42,935 nucleotides of DNA from assembly GCA_018262735.1 (NCBI GenBank), contig JADFDR010000001.1, positions 1-42,935 on the forward strand, written 5' to 3'. Shown piece by piece: positions 26,808 to 36,912 of the stretch. Below the pieces are notes generated by a model. It was not told the origin of the DNA and did no database searches. It saw only the letters and a program-made list of their open reading frames with translations. The first letter of the stretch is position 1; each line of letters begins with the position of its first letter. The translations under genes were made by a program, and so were the position numbers. Source of the stretch: Geobacter sp. Its GTDB lineage: Bacteria; Myxococcota_A; UBA9160; JADFDR01.

Positions 26808-27596
26808 GTGTATCGCAAGTTTTTCGCATTGACCCTTTTTGTATTGGCTGTCCTTGCAGGCGGTGCCTGTGCGTCGAAAACCCAAAACACATTCGATGAA
26901 AACACGACGGCGGAACAACTCTACAACGAAGGCGTTGCCAAGCTTTCCGACCAACAACACATTTTCGGCATCGACGTTACGGATTACGACGGTGCAATCG
27001 AAAAGTTTCAAAACGTAATCGACCACTTCCCCTACAGCGAGCACGCGGTGCTCGCCGAACTCAAGATCGCAGATACTTACTTCGCTCAGAAAAAATACGA
27101 CCAGGCCGCGTCGTACTATCGTGACTTTGCAGATCTTCACCCGCAGCATCCGGAAGTGCCTTACACGATCTACCAGACGGCGATCTGCCACTACAACCAG
27201 TCCAAAGAGTTTGACCGGGATCAAACCTCAAGCCGAAATGCCGTCGAAAGCTTTGATACTTTGATGCGGCGCTACCCGCAGTCCGAGTACGCCAAAGAAA
27301 GCGAGCCGAAGTGGAAAGAACTGCAGTTACGGCTCGCTCGGCGTGAGCTCATGATTGGAAATTACTATCTCGAGCGCACGGAATACTCCTCCGCTCTGCA
27401 GCGCTTCCAGGCTTTGCTCGACAGCTACCCTGGGCTCGGGCTCGACGCCGAGGCGCTATACAAAGTTGGCCTTTGCTACGCCAAGATGAATCGTCCGGCT
27501 GAGGCTACCCGCGCCTTCGATCTCGTAAAAAAGAATTATCCTGAAAGTAACTTCTCAAGTTTGGCTTCCAAAGTTACGACAAATCTACAAAACTAG
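26808..27596 (+). CDS. bamD: Outer membrane protein assembly lipoprotein BamD
   Basis: Lipobox-like LAGGAC, TPRs FPYSEHA..AEL..AD..F, F..LHP.HP.VPY, DRDQ, LARREL.IG.YY. Confidence 0.9.
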   Translation: MYRKFFALTLFVLAVLAGGACASKTQNTFDENTTAEQLYNEGVAKLSDQQHIFGIDVTDYDGAIEKFQNVIDHFPYSEHAVLAELKIADTYFAQKKYDQAASYYRDFADLHPQHPEVPYTIYQTAICHYNQSKEFDRDQTSSRNAVESFDTLMRRYPQSEYAKESEPKWKELQLRLARRELMIGNYYLERTEYSSALQRFQALLDSYPGLGLDAEALYKVGLCYAKMNRPAEATRAFDLVKKNYPESNFSSLASKVTTNLQN

Positions 27597-27732
27597 GGTT
27601 CGCTCTAGAAAATCCCCCCGCCAAGATCGCCCTTACTGCGCGTTGGTTCCTCGCTTTTTTGTGATTCGAGGAACGTGCAGGATCGGCCCAAAAAGCAACT
27701 CGAAAACCAATTCGAAGGTGGAGGGAACCACA

Positions 27733-28464
27733 ATGAACGAAATGCAACGCTTGAATTTCACGCTCGGACAAGAGCGCTTATCGCGCGGCGAAACGGATGC
27801 CGCCGTCAAATCTTTCTGTGAACTCACGAAGAGCTGCCCGCAATTTGCGGACGTCCACTACTGGGCGGGACTCGCTTTCGAAAAACAAGGCAATCTCTTC
27901 GCAGCGACACGCAGCCTCGAAACCGCCATCGAGCTCAACCCGGCCTATGTCGAAGCTTTGATGGCACTTGCTTGTGTCTACGAGCAGCAAGGCAATTTCG
28001 AAAAAGCGAGCGTGCTCGCAAATCGTGCGCAGAGCGCAACGAACGCAACAACCGGCGGACTCGATCGCACGACGCGTGGCAAACTCGCCAATCTGCAGGC
28101 TCAACTTGGCGATGCATATCGCGAAGTCGGCGAGCTGCGTGAAGCCGCCGATGCGTATCGCAAGGCGCTCTATCGCTGTCCCGAATTTCACGACATTCGC
28201 ATTCGCCTGGCAGCGACACTGCGCGATCTCGGTTTGCCCAACCAAGCGATCCAAGAACTGCAACGCATTCTGCATCAGCAACCGGATTCGCAAACCGCAG
28301 CAAAGCAACTCGCGCTTACCTACTACAGCATCGGGAAAGTCGAACAAGCCGTCACAGAGTGGGAAAACCTTCTCACCAAGAATCCCGAGTGTCGTGAAGC
28401 CAAGATGTATCTGGACATGATTGCGAAACTCGATGTCGACCAACGCATTTCAGTTGCGAGCTAA
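27733..28464 (+). CDS. Tetratricopeptide repeat protein
   Basis: Multiple TPR-like units (FADVHYWAGLA, AIELNPAYVEA, LGDAYREVG, YRKAL..CP.F.D); RBS GGAGGG. Confidence 0.85.
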   Translation: MNEMQRLNFTLGQERLSRGETDAAVKSFCELTKSCPQFADVHYWAGLAFEKQGNLFAATRSLETAIELNPAYVEALMALACVYEQQGNFEKASVLANRAQSATNATTGGLDRTTRGKLANLQAQLGDAYREVGELREAADAYRKALYRCPEFHDIRIRLAATLRDLGLPNQAIQELQRILHQQPDSQTAAKQLALTYYSIGKVEQAVTEWENLLTKNPECREAKMYLDMIAKLDVDQRISVAS

Positions 28465-28475
28465 GGAATTCGCGC

Positions 28476-28985
28476 ATGGTTTCCGCCGATCTCGCGGTGC
28501 TCACGATCCTCGGCGTCGCGGCATTGCGCGGAGTTTTTCTCGGCCTGATCCGCGAGCTGTTTTCCGTCGCAGGCTTGGTCGCGGCATGTCTTGCGGTGCG
28601 TTTCCTCAATGCTCAGGCAACGCAAGCGCTGCTGGACATCCGTGGCCTTGAAGTGCCGGAGTTCGTGGTGCGCACCGGATGTGGCATCGCCATTGCAGTC
28701 GTTACACTTTTGCTTGTCCATTTGCTTGGCCGTCTCGTGCGACGCGGCGTGCAAGCGGTAGGCCTTGGGTGGGCAGATCGTGCGGCCGGAGGAATGCTTG
28801 GCGTTACGGAAGGCTTGCTCGTGGCCGGCATCGTACTCGCACTTGCCGTACTCGCACTCGGCAAAGAACACCGACTCGTCGCAAACTCCTATTCGCTCGC
28901 TACGCTCGAAACAATGCAAGGAATCGCAACACAAGAACAACCAACACTTCCAAGTGTCGCAGCGCCATCGATCTTTTCAAAATAA
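28476..28985 (+). CDS. cvpA: CvpA (colicin V production) family membrane protein
   Basis: RG...GLIRELFS, GLGWADRAAGG.LG..EG pattern; four hydrophobic segments. Confidence 0.85.
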   Translation: MVSADLAVLTILGVAALRGVFLGLIRELFSVAGLVAACLAVRFLNAQATQALLDIRGLEVPEFVVRTGCGIAIAVVTLLLVHLLGRLVRRGVQAVGLGWADRAAGGMLGVTEGLLVAGIVLALAVLALGKEHRLVANSYSLATLETMQGIATQEQPTLPSVAAPSIFSK

Positions 28986-28997
28986 TACGTTTCAGGA

Positions 28998-29203
28998 GGC
29001 TCTGATCTATTTCGCTTGAGGAATGCGATCGCATTTTTCTCCGACGGAAAACATCAGCCTCGATTCGCGAAAAACGGGATGGATCCGAGGTGTCTTAGGA
29101 ATTTCCGATCCATTCCGTTTTTCGAGTATTTTTGCGAGCCATGTCGGATGTTTTCCGTCGGAGAAAGATCCCTCGCCTTTCGAAAGCGAAATGGATCAGA
29201 GGC
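28998..29203. repeat. Inverted doublet of the ~105-bp element (copy C 28998-29091 on +, copy D 29101-29203 on -) forming a long palindrome
   Basis: Perfect 20-bp inverted repeat TTTCTCCGACGGAAAACATC (29036-29055) / GATGTTTTCCGTCGGAGAAA (29147-29166), plus inner CGAAAAACGGGATGGATC / GATCCATTCCGTTTTTCG. Confidence 0.88.
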
Positions 29204-29241
29204 TTCCTTCGCATGTCGCTTGGATGCAGCAGCACATCTCT

Positions 29242-31293
29242 TTACGGCTCGATCCAGCGTCCATGCACACGAATCAATTCCACCAGCCGCTCAACGGCAT
29301 CGGCTTGATCGACGTTGCGCAGCACCAGTTCTTTTCCGACGTAAAGATTGATCTTTCCCGGCCCCGATCCAACATAACCGAAATCTGCGTCAGCCATTTC
29401 GCCAAGGCCGTTCACGACACAACCCATGATTGCGATCGACACACCTTGAAGATGGCCGGTGCGCGACTTGATGCGCGCCGTCACCGTTTCGAGATCGAAA
29501 AGCGTGCGACCGCACGACGGACACGAAACGAACTCCGCGCGCGAAATGCGACGACGTGCAGCCTGCAAAATTCGGTAGCCCAAATCGAGCGCATGGCCCG
29601 GCTCGAAAGCGCCATCGAGCACAATGGCATCGCCAATGCCGTCGCTGAGCATTGCGCCGAGATCGATCGCCGTATCGAGAAGCTTCCCTTGTGTCGTGCG
29701 AGTGATTTCCGTGTCGGCGGAATTGCATGCAGGGGCATGCAGTACCACCGGACAATCTGCAAAACCGCGTGCACGCAAACGTGCCAGCAAAACACGCAAC
29801 GCCGGTACGGCGCGCGAACTTGCGACGGAAACCAAAAAATTCGCCGACGTGCTGTAGAGATCGCAAAGACGCTCGGCAAGTTCACGAATCTGTGCCACGG
29901 AACCTTGGCAATGCCATTCGAGCGGCATCGCCGCCGAAACCGCGCGCGCATGCATGGCACGCAACTCTTCCTGCGTGCTTGTCGAAGATACGCCCACGAC
30001 CCAGCGCGAAACATCGGCATGCAGCTCGATATCACAATGGAGTGTCACTCGAAACGCAAGTGGCACCGCAAATCCGGCCTGCGCCAAATGCTGCGCAAAA
30101 TCGAGCGCACGCTTGGCTTCTTCTTCCGTCTCCACATCCGCAACAATGCCTTCGCAGCGAACTTCGGCAATTTGCGACAAGCTCGAATGAAACTTCTTTG
30201 CGTAGCTTGCAACATCGTGCGCTATTTTTCCGACGGAAATCTCGACGCGAATCGGATTCTCTCCACCAAGATCGAACTCCTGGGTCTGCACTGCGGCACA
30301 CGTCGCGCGCGGCAAAATCTGCGTGACGCGGCGACGATACGAATTCAAATCGTCGATTTCACACGCTTCGGGATCACGAGGCAAATCGGCCGCTTCTCTC
30401 CAGCGTGTCTCGTATCGTTGCGCCAAAAATTTTGCAACTGGCACCTCGGCAATGGGACTTTCGGTGAGCGAAACGCGAATCGTATCTCCAATCCCATCTT
30501 CGAGCAGTGCGCCAATGCCTACAGCGCTCTTGATTCGACCATCTTCGCCATCGCCTGCTTCGGTGACACCAAGATGAAACGGATAGCTCGGCGCACCTGG
30601 AGCGCGCTCCTCGAGGCATTCCGCGAGCAACCGGTATGCCTGGATCATCACGCGCGGATTGCTCGCCTTCATGCTGAAGACGACATCGAAATACTGCTCG
30701 GCTTCGCAAACATCCAAAAATTCAAGCGCGCTTTCTACCATACCTTTCGGTGTGTCACCAAAACGATTTAAGATGCGATCCGAAAGTGAACCATGATTCG
30801 TGCCGATGCGCAGCGTGCGACGCAGCACTTTGCAGCGTTGCACGAGGGGACGAAACATCTCCGCCACGCGCGCTACTTCCTCCGCATACTCGGCGTCGCT
30901 GTATTCACGCGTCTCGAAATGCTTGCGATCCGCGTAATTGCCGGGATTGATCCGAATTTTCTCGACGTGCTCGGCCGCAATCAAAGCAACTTTGGGTGAA
31001 AAATGGATGTCCGCCACAAGAGGCACACCGACACCTATTTGCGTCATTCGGGATCGAATTTGTGCAAGATTTTCTGCGTCGCGACTCGAGGGCACGGCAA
31101 GACGCACGATCTCGCATCCAGCTTGTGCAAGCGCAGCGATCTGCGCCAGCGTCGCTTCGGTATCGAGCGTATTCGTATTCGTCATGGATTGGATGCGCAG
31201 CGGATTTTCACCGCCTACCGCAACCGAGCCGATCCGCACTTCGCGCGTTGCACGACGTACGGGAGAAAAACGGCGGAGCGACTGCGGCGTCAC
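29242..31293 (-). CDS. ispG: HMBPP synthase IspG, long three-domain form
   Basis: IQSMTNT, PLVADIHF, KIRINPGN, RIGTNHGSLS, HLGVTEAG, GDTIRVSLT, SCPSCGRT, MGCVVNG.GE; 683 aa. Confidence 0.95.
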   Translation of the reverse strand: MTPQSLRRFSPVRRATREVRIGSVAVGGENPLRIQSMTNTNTLDTEATLAQIAALAQAGCEIVRLAVPSSRDAENLAQIRSRMTQIGVGVPLVADIHFSPKVALIAAEHVEKIRINPGNYADRKHFETREYSDAEYAEEVARVAEMFRPLVQRCKVLRRTLRIGTNHGSLSDRILNRFGDTPKGMVESALEFLDVCEAEQYFDVVFSMKASNPRVMIQAYRLLAECLEERAPGAPSYPFHLGVTEAGDGEDGRIKSAVGIGALLEDGIGDTIRVSLTESPIAEVPVAKFLAQRYETRWREAADLPRDPEACEIDDLNSYRRRVTQILPRATCAAVQTQEFDLGGENPIRVEISVGKIAHDVASYAKKFHSSLSQIAEVRCEGIVADVETEEEAKRALDFAQHLAQAGFAVPLAFRVTLHCDIELHADVSRWVVGVSSTSTQEELRAMHARAVSAAMPLEWHCQGSVAQIRELAERLCDLYSTSANFLVSVASSRAVPALRVLLARLRARGFADCPVVLHAPACNSADTEITRTTQGKLLDTAIDLGAMLSDGIGDAIVLDGAFEPGHALDLGYRILQAARRRISRAEFVSCPSCGRTLFDLETVTARIKSRTGHLQGVSIAIMGCVVNGLGEMADADFGYVGSGPGKINLYVGKELVLRNVDQADAVERLVELIRVHGRWIEP

Positions 31294-31305
31294 GATCTTC
31301 CCTTG

Positions 31306-33963
31306 CTAGCGTGCCGCTTCGACGAGGTGGTAGAGCTTTTCGATTGCAGCATCGATCTGCGAAGCGTCACTGCCTCCGGCTTGCGCAAAGTCGGGGCGTC
31401 CGCCGCCCTTGCCACCCACGATTTCGGCAATCTCGCGAATCAACTCGCCCGCGTGATAACGCCCCTTCAAATCGGGCGTCACGCCAAGCGCAATCGCAAC
31501 TTTTCCGTCGGATTCAGCGGCCAAAAGAACGATCCCGCTCTGAATGCGATTGCGGCACTCATCGACCAAATCGCGCAGCACCTTCGCGTCGGCACCCGGC
31601 GCACGCGTAGCGAGCACTTTGATTCCAGCGATCTCTTTTACATCCGCAGCAAGCTCACGCGGCGCACCACCACCCGAACGACGCAGCGTTTCGATTTCTT
31701 TCTGCGCGCTCTTTCGCTCCTGCAAAAGCTTTTCCACGCGTGACACTACTTCGTGTTGAGACACTTTGAGCAAGCTCGCCGTCTCGCGCAATTTTTGCTC
31801 TTGCGCACGCGCATGCGCCACGGCGCCTGCGCCCGTGAGCGCCTCGATGCGTCGCACTCCGGCTGCAATTCCGGATTCCGAAACGATCTTGAAAAATCCG
31901 ATCTCTCCCGTGGCTTGCGCATGCGTACCTCCACACAATTCGGTGGAAACATCGCCAAAGCACACCACGCGTACGCGATCGCCATATTTCTCTTCGAAGA
32001 TCGCCATCGCACCGGATTCAATGGCTTCTGCATACGCCGTCTCGCGCACCACACGCGACGCATTCGCCACGACCCAGAGATTGACCAAATCCTCGATTCG
32101 CTCAATCTCGACATCTGTCAACGCCTGGTCATGCGTGAAATCGAAACGCAAACGCTCGGGGCCAACGAGCGAACCTTTTTGCATCGCTTGCGGTCCGAGC
32201 ACCTGACGCAATGCCGCATGCAAAAGATGCGTGCCCGAGTGATTGCGTACGGTTGCTGCTCGCGTCGCGCGATCGACGCTCAACGTCGCATCCTCATCGA
32301 CACGAATCGTTCCGGCTTCAATGACACCGAAATGCGACACGAGTCCTTCGACGGGTTTTTTCGTGGAATCAATCCGTACGCGTGCACCGGCCGCCGTCGT
32401 CACGCGTCCCGCATCGCCAAGCTGTCCACCGCTTTCGGCATAGAAGGGAGTATCCAAGAAAAAAAGCTCGACCTTATCACCGACGGAAGCAGCGTTCACC
32501 AACTCGCCGTTTTTGAGTACCGCCTTGAGGCTCGACATGAGTTCGAGCGTCTCGTAGCCATGAAAGTTTGTTTTGAAATCTGCTGCGAGGCGTCCGTACA
32601 CTTCGTCGATCGACGTGTCTCCGCTGCCCTTCCAGGCCGCGCGTGCCCGCGTTCGCTGCTCCTGCATCGCCGACTCAAAGCCTGCATGATCGACGCGCAG
32701 GGAGTGACCGCGCAGAATATCTTCCGTCAGATCGAGTGGAAAACCATAGGTATCGTAGAGCTTAAACGCCACGTCACCCGACAAAACATCTTGCCCGCGC
32801 AAGCGAGCGATCTCCGACTCGAGAATCACCAAACCCTTCGAGAGCGTTTCCGAAAAACGCTCCTCTTCGCGACGAATGCGATCCGTAATGTAGGCGCGCC
32901 GTTCCGCGAGTTCCGGATACACCGACGCCATTTCGTCGATCACCGTTTCGGCGACGCGATACAAGAAAGGCTCGTTCAATCCGAGCAAAACACCATGACG
33001 TGCAGCTCGGCGCAAGATGCGGCGTAACACATAACCGCGTCCTTCGTTCGACGGCAATACTCCATCGCCGATCAAGAACGTGATCGAACGAGCATGATCC
33101 GCCACGACATTGAGCGAAACGTCTTTCTCCGGGTCTTCGCCTTTTCGGGTCTTCGAAAGTTCTTCGGCGCGCGCAAGAATCGACCGAAACAAATCAGTGT
33201 CAAAATTCGATCGCACACCCTGCAAGACTGCCGCAATCCGTTCAAGTCCGGCGCCCGTATCGATGGAAGGCTTGGGGAGTCGCGCCGTCGCACCCGACGC
33301 ATCGCGGTTGTACTGCATGAAAACGAGGTTCCAAATTTCGAGGAATCGACCACAATCGCAAGACGGATCGCAGTCGTCCTGCGTACATTTCGCCTGCTTT
33401 CCGAAATCCATATGAATCTCGGAACAAGGTCCACACGGTCCGGTGTCACCCATCGACCAGAAATTTTGAGACTCATCGAGGCGAAATATTTTTTTCTCGG
33501 GAACTTGCATCTGATCGCGCCAAATCGCATACGCCTCATCGTCTTCATGAAAAACCGAAACGACCATGCGTTCTGCGGGAAGCTGCAAAACCTGGGTTAG
33601 AAATTCCCAGGCATAACGGATCGCATCTTCTTTGAAATAATCGCCAAAAGAAAAATTGCCGAGCATCTCGAAAAAGGTGTGATGACGCGGCGTGCGTCCG
33701 ACGTTCTCGAGATCGTTGTGCTTGCCCGAAACACGCATGCATTTTTGCGACGATACAGCGCGCACATAGTCACGCGCTTCTTCGCCAAGAAAGACGCGCT
33801 TGAACGGCACCATGCCGGCGTTCGTAAAAAGAAGAGTCGGATCCGAATCGGGAATCAGCGAAGCGCTCGCTACGCGGCGATGCCCCTGCGCTTCAAAAAA
33901 GCGCAAAAATGCTTCGCGAATCTCGCTGCCTGTCTTGGGCGCTTTTGGCGGCGCTGCGACCAT
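31306..33963 (-). CDS. alaS: Alanine--tRNA ligase
   Basis: DPTLLFTNAGM, RHHTFFEMLGNFSFGDYFK, GPCGPCSEI, NHSGTHLLH, ELCGGTH, GGKGGGRPDFAQAGG; RBS GAGGA before ATG 33963. Confidence 0.98.
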   Translation of the reverse strand: MVAAPPKAPKTGSEIREAFLRFFEAQGHRRVASASLIPDSDPTLLFTNAGMVPFKRVFLGEEARDYVRAVSSQKCMRVSGKHNDLENVGRTPRHHTFFEMLGNFSFGDYFKEDAIRYAWEFLTQVLQLPAERMVVSVFHEDDEAYAIWRDQMQVPEKKIFRLDESQNFWSMGDTGPCGPCSEIHMDFGKQAKCTQDDCDPSCDCGRFLEIWNLVFMQYNRDASGATARLPKPSIDTGAGLERIAAVLQGVRSNFDTDLFRSILARAEELSKTRKGEDPEKDVSLNVVADHARSITFLIGDGVLPSNEGRGYVLRRILRRAARHGVLLGLNEPFLYRVAETVIDEMASVYPELAERRAYITDRIRREEERFSETLSKGLVILESEIARLRGQDVLSGDVAFKLYDTYGFPLDLTEDILRGHSLRVDHAGFESAMQEQRTRARAAWKGSGDTSIDEVYGRLAADFKTNFHGYETLELMSSLKAVLKNGELVNAASVGDKVELFFLDTPFYAESGGQLGDAGRVTTAAGARVRIDSTKKPVEGLVSHFGVIEAGTIRVDEDATLSVDRATRAATVRNHSGTHLLHAALRQVLGPQAMQKGSLVGPERLRFDFTHDQALTDVEIERIEDLVNLWVVANASRVVRETAYAEAIESGAMAIFEEKYGDRVRVVCFGDVSTELCGGTHAQATGEIGFFKIVSESGIAAGVRRIEALTGAGAVAHARAQEQKLRETASLLKVSQHEVVSRVEKLLQERKSAQKEIETLRRSGGGAPRELAADVKEIAGIKVLATRAPGADAKVLRDLVDECRNRIQSGIVLLAAESDGKVAIALGVTPDLKGRYHAGELIREIAEIVGGKGGGRPDFAQAGGSDASQIDAAIEKLYHLVEAAR

Positions 33964-34155
33964 GAATGCGTTCCTCGTTTTGTAGTTTCGAAGCGAACTT
34001 CCTCGGTGATTTTGCAAAGGGGCGCCCGAAAAACAGAGCCGCCTACTATACAGGACTCATTTGCTCACGGCAGACCCTGTACTCGGGATACGCGAAGAGG
34101 AATTGAAAAGCGCGCCGCAGCATTCGCTACGGCGCGCTTTTTAAAAACACGAAAA

Positions 34156-35376
34156 CTAGAAGCGCTCAATATCGAGATTGAGTTCACCTTCTTCCGAGGG
34201 CGGCGGCGCCGCCGAATCGTCATCAAGAAACACTTCCGCAGCGGCACCTTTCTGAGCGCCTCCGCCACTCGACTTCTCGAAATCGTCCCACTCTCCGTCC
34301 GAAGTACCTGAAATGCCTTTGTAACGCAGCGCAAAGTCATCGACGTTCGAAACGTGATTCAGCGCTTCTTCGTAGGTAACGAGACCTTGCTTCACCAAAC
34401 TCATCAACGATTGATCGAACGTCTGCATGCCATAAGTCGTATATCCACCGGCGATCGCCTCGTGAATTTCCTTCGTGCGATCCTTGTCCGCGATGCACTC
34501 GCGGATGCGCGCACTCGCCACCATCACTTCAAGCGCCGGTACACGACCTTTTCCGTCGGCACGCGGAACGAGGCGCTGCGAAATCACCGCCTTCAAAATG
34601 CTCGACAACTGCAAGCGCACTTGCCGCTGCTGATAAGGCGGAAACACAGAAATGATACGGTTGATGGTTTCCGTCGCGTCAAGCGTGTGCAACGTACTCA
34701 TCACCAAGTGGCCCGTTTCCGCCGCCGTGAGAGCGGTCTCCACTGTTTCAAGATCGCGCATTTCGCCAACGAGAATCACGTCGGGATCTTGGCGCAAAGA
34801 GGCGCGCATCGCAGCCGCAAAACTCAAGGTATCCGCACCGATCTCGCGCTGATTCACGATCGAGCGGCGATCGCGCAACAAAAACTCGATCGGATCTTCG
34901 ACCGTCACGATGTGACAAGTGCGATTCGTGTTGATGTGTTCAATCATGGCCGCGAGCGTCGTCGATTTGCCCGAGCCCGTCGTGCCCGTCACCAAAATCA
35001 AGCCGCGATGCTCCAGCGCAATGTTTTCCACCACCGACGGAAGATGCAGCTGATCGGTCGTCTTGACACTAAAGGGGATCACACGAAATACGATGCCGAC
35101 CGTGCCACGTTGCTGAAATACGTTCACACGAAAACGGCCCAGACCGGGAATGCCATGTGCCAAGTCCGCTTCGTGATGCGTCTCGTACCGCTCGCGCTGC
35201 ACGGGATTCATGATCGAATAGGCCATCTTCTTCAATGTGTCGGGCATCAAGCGCTCGCCGTTTTTCAACGGGACCAAGGCACCGTCAACCCGAAACATCG
35301 GCGGAAGGCCAGCTTTGCAGTGGATATCCGAGGCGCCTCCTTTAAGAGCAACCTTCAGAATGTCGTTCAGTTCCAT
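34156..35376 (-). CDS. pilT: PilT/PilU-family type IV pilus ATPase paralogue
   Basis: GASDIH, GRFRVN.F.QRG, GTTGSGKSTT, EDPIE, LRQDPDVILVGEMRD, TLHT, GMQTFDQ; the AIRNLIRE motif is degenerate (RIRECIAD). Confidence 0.88.
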   Translation of the reverse strand: MELNDILKVALKGGASDIHCKAGLPPMFRVDGALVPLKNGERLMPDTLKKMAYSIMNPVQRERYETHHEADLAHGIPGLGRFRVNVFQQRGTVGIVFRVIPFSVKTTDQLHLPSVVENIALEHRGLILVTGTTGSGKSTTLAAMIEHINTNRTCHIVTVEDPIEFLLRDRRSIVNQREIGADTLSFAAAMRASLRQDPDVILVGEMRDLETVETALTAAETGHLVMSTLHTLDATETINRIISVFPPYQQRQVRLQLSSILKAVISQRLVPRADGKGRVPALEVMVASARIRECIADKDRTKEIHEAIAGGYTTYGMQTFDQSLMSLVKQGLVTYEEALNHVSNVDDFALRYKGISGTSDGEWDDFEKSSGGGAQKGAAAEVFLDDDSAAPPPSEEGELNLDIERF

Positions 35377-35620
35377 AGCGAGGCACACCCTCCGTTTTGG
35401 CGTATCACCAATCTGCGTTCGTCGTGCAATCTGCGTTTGGTCAACCGACTCGAAGATGAAAATGAGCGGAAAACACTCGCCTACGGGGATATCTTCGACT
35501 CATTCCCCGCATCCCTTGAGCCCCGTGAAAACAAAGTTTTGCAAATTGGGGCAAGGACTTCTGTCGTGAGATTGCCCCTAGGGCACCTGCTCTTCCGTCC
35601 GAGAGTCCTGCGGATTGCAG

Positions 35621-35658
35621 AAAACAACACGCGGGCATGACGTTTCCGCCATGCCCGC
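35621..35658 (-). terminator. Probable intrinsic terminator downstream of recA
   Basis: Stem GCGGGCATG / CATGCCCGC (35631-35658) followed on the minus strand by GTGTTGTTTT. Confidence 0.5.
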
Positions 35659-35736
35659 GCACTCTTCGTCGTTTCTCGATTTGCGCGCTGTCTGCTGCGC
35701 GCGAATTGCGAGCCGCCCGACAGCACTGTCGCTGCT

Positions 35737-36828
35737 TTATTCGTTTTCCTCGACGGAATCCTCAGAATCATGCTCAACCGGGACCGGCTGCTTCAGTCCC
35801 TTGATCGCATAAACTGCCTCTGCGATCCGCTCAAAAATTTCCGGATTTTCTTTCAGGAATTTACGCGCGTTTTCACGACCCTGCCCAATGCGTTCGCCCG
35901 AGTACGAATACCAGGAACCGCTCTTCTCGACGATGCCTGCCTCCGAAGCCAGATCCAGGAGATCACCCTCTTTCGAAATCCCCTCGTTGTACAGAATGTC
36001 AAACTCGGCTTGACGGAAGGGTGGTGCCACTTTGTTTTTGACGACCTTGACCCGCGTCCTACTTCCTGTGACTTCTTCTCCTTCCTTGATCGCACCAATG
36101 CGACGCACATCGAGACGCACCGAGGAATAAAACTTAAGTGCGTTACCACCCGTCGTCGTTTCGGGGTTGCCAAACATCACGCCGATCTTCATCCGGATCT
36201 GATTGATGAAGGCGATCGTAGTGCCCGACTTCGCCGCCGTCGCAGTGAGTTTGCGCAACGCTTGGCTCATGAGTCGTGCTTGCAAACCCATGTGGCTATC
36301 GCCCATCTCGCCTTCAATTTCGGCACGCGGCACGAGTGCGGCCACCGAATCGATCACGATCAAATCGACAGCACCCGAACGCACCAGCATGTCGACGATC
36401 TCCAGCGCCTGCTCGCCGGTGTCGGGTTGCGAAACGAGGAGATTCTCCACATCGACACCGAGTTTTCGCGCATAGCCCACATCAAGAGCGTGCTCAGCGT
36501 CGACGAACGCAGTAACACCACCTTTTTTCTGGCACTCGGCAACAGCATGCAACATCAACGTCGTCTTACCGCTCGACTCCGGACCAAAAATCTCGATGAC
36601 GCGTCCCTTGGGATAACCCCCGATGCCCAATGCGAGATCCAAGCTCGGCGACCCCGACGAAAAGAAGTCAATCTCGCGATTGATCGCCTCTTCGTTCATC
36701 GTAAAGATCGCACCTTTTCCGAACTGCTTTTCGATCGACGATACGGCGGTCTCGATCGCCTTGCGCTTCTCCTCCAGGAATGTGCTCTTCTTATTGGCCT
36801 TCTTGCTTTGTTCACTATTTTGTGTCAT
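35737..36828 (-). CDS. recA: Recombinase A
   Basis: [60 protein letters not shown]; no intein. Confidence 0.99.
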   Translation of the reverse strand: MTQNSEQSKKANKKSTFLEEKRKAIETAVSSIEKQFGKGAIFTMNEEAINREIDFFSSGSPSLDLALGIGGYPKGRVIEIFGPESSGKTTLMLHAVAECQKKGGVTAFVDAEHALDVGYARKLGVDVENLLVSQPDTGEQALEIVDMLVRSGAVDLIVIDSVAALVPRAEIEGEMGDSHMGLQARLMSQALRKLTATAAKSGTTIAFINQIRMKIGVMFGNPETTTGGNALKFYSSVRLDVRRIGAIKEGEEVTGSRTRVKVVKNKVAPPFRQAEFDILYNEGISKEGDLLDLASEAGIVEKSGSWYSYSGERIGQGRENARKFLKENPEIFERIAEAVYAIKGLKQPVPVEHDSEDSVEENE

Positions 36829-36912
36829 TGCCTGTCTCCTTTTTTCGTTTGTGTCTTTTCGATTTTCTTATTTCCGCTTCGCGAGACATCTCGCGTCGCC
36901 GCAATCGCCTTT

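Noticed and set aside
30224..30239. Repeat-core-like ATTTTTCCGACGGAAA inside ispG
   Set aside because: No terminal inverted repeats around it; similar short matches occur in conserved codons of prs and alaS, so chance is likely.
36829..36912. SOS box upstream of recA
   Set aside because: Only a short CGCGAGA-CA-TCTCGCG hairpin (36880-36895); no match to LexA boxes I know.
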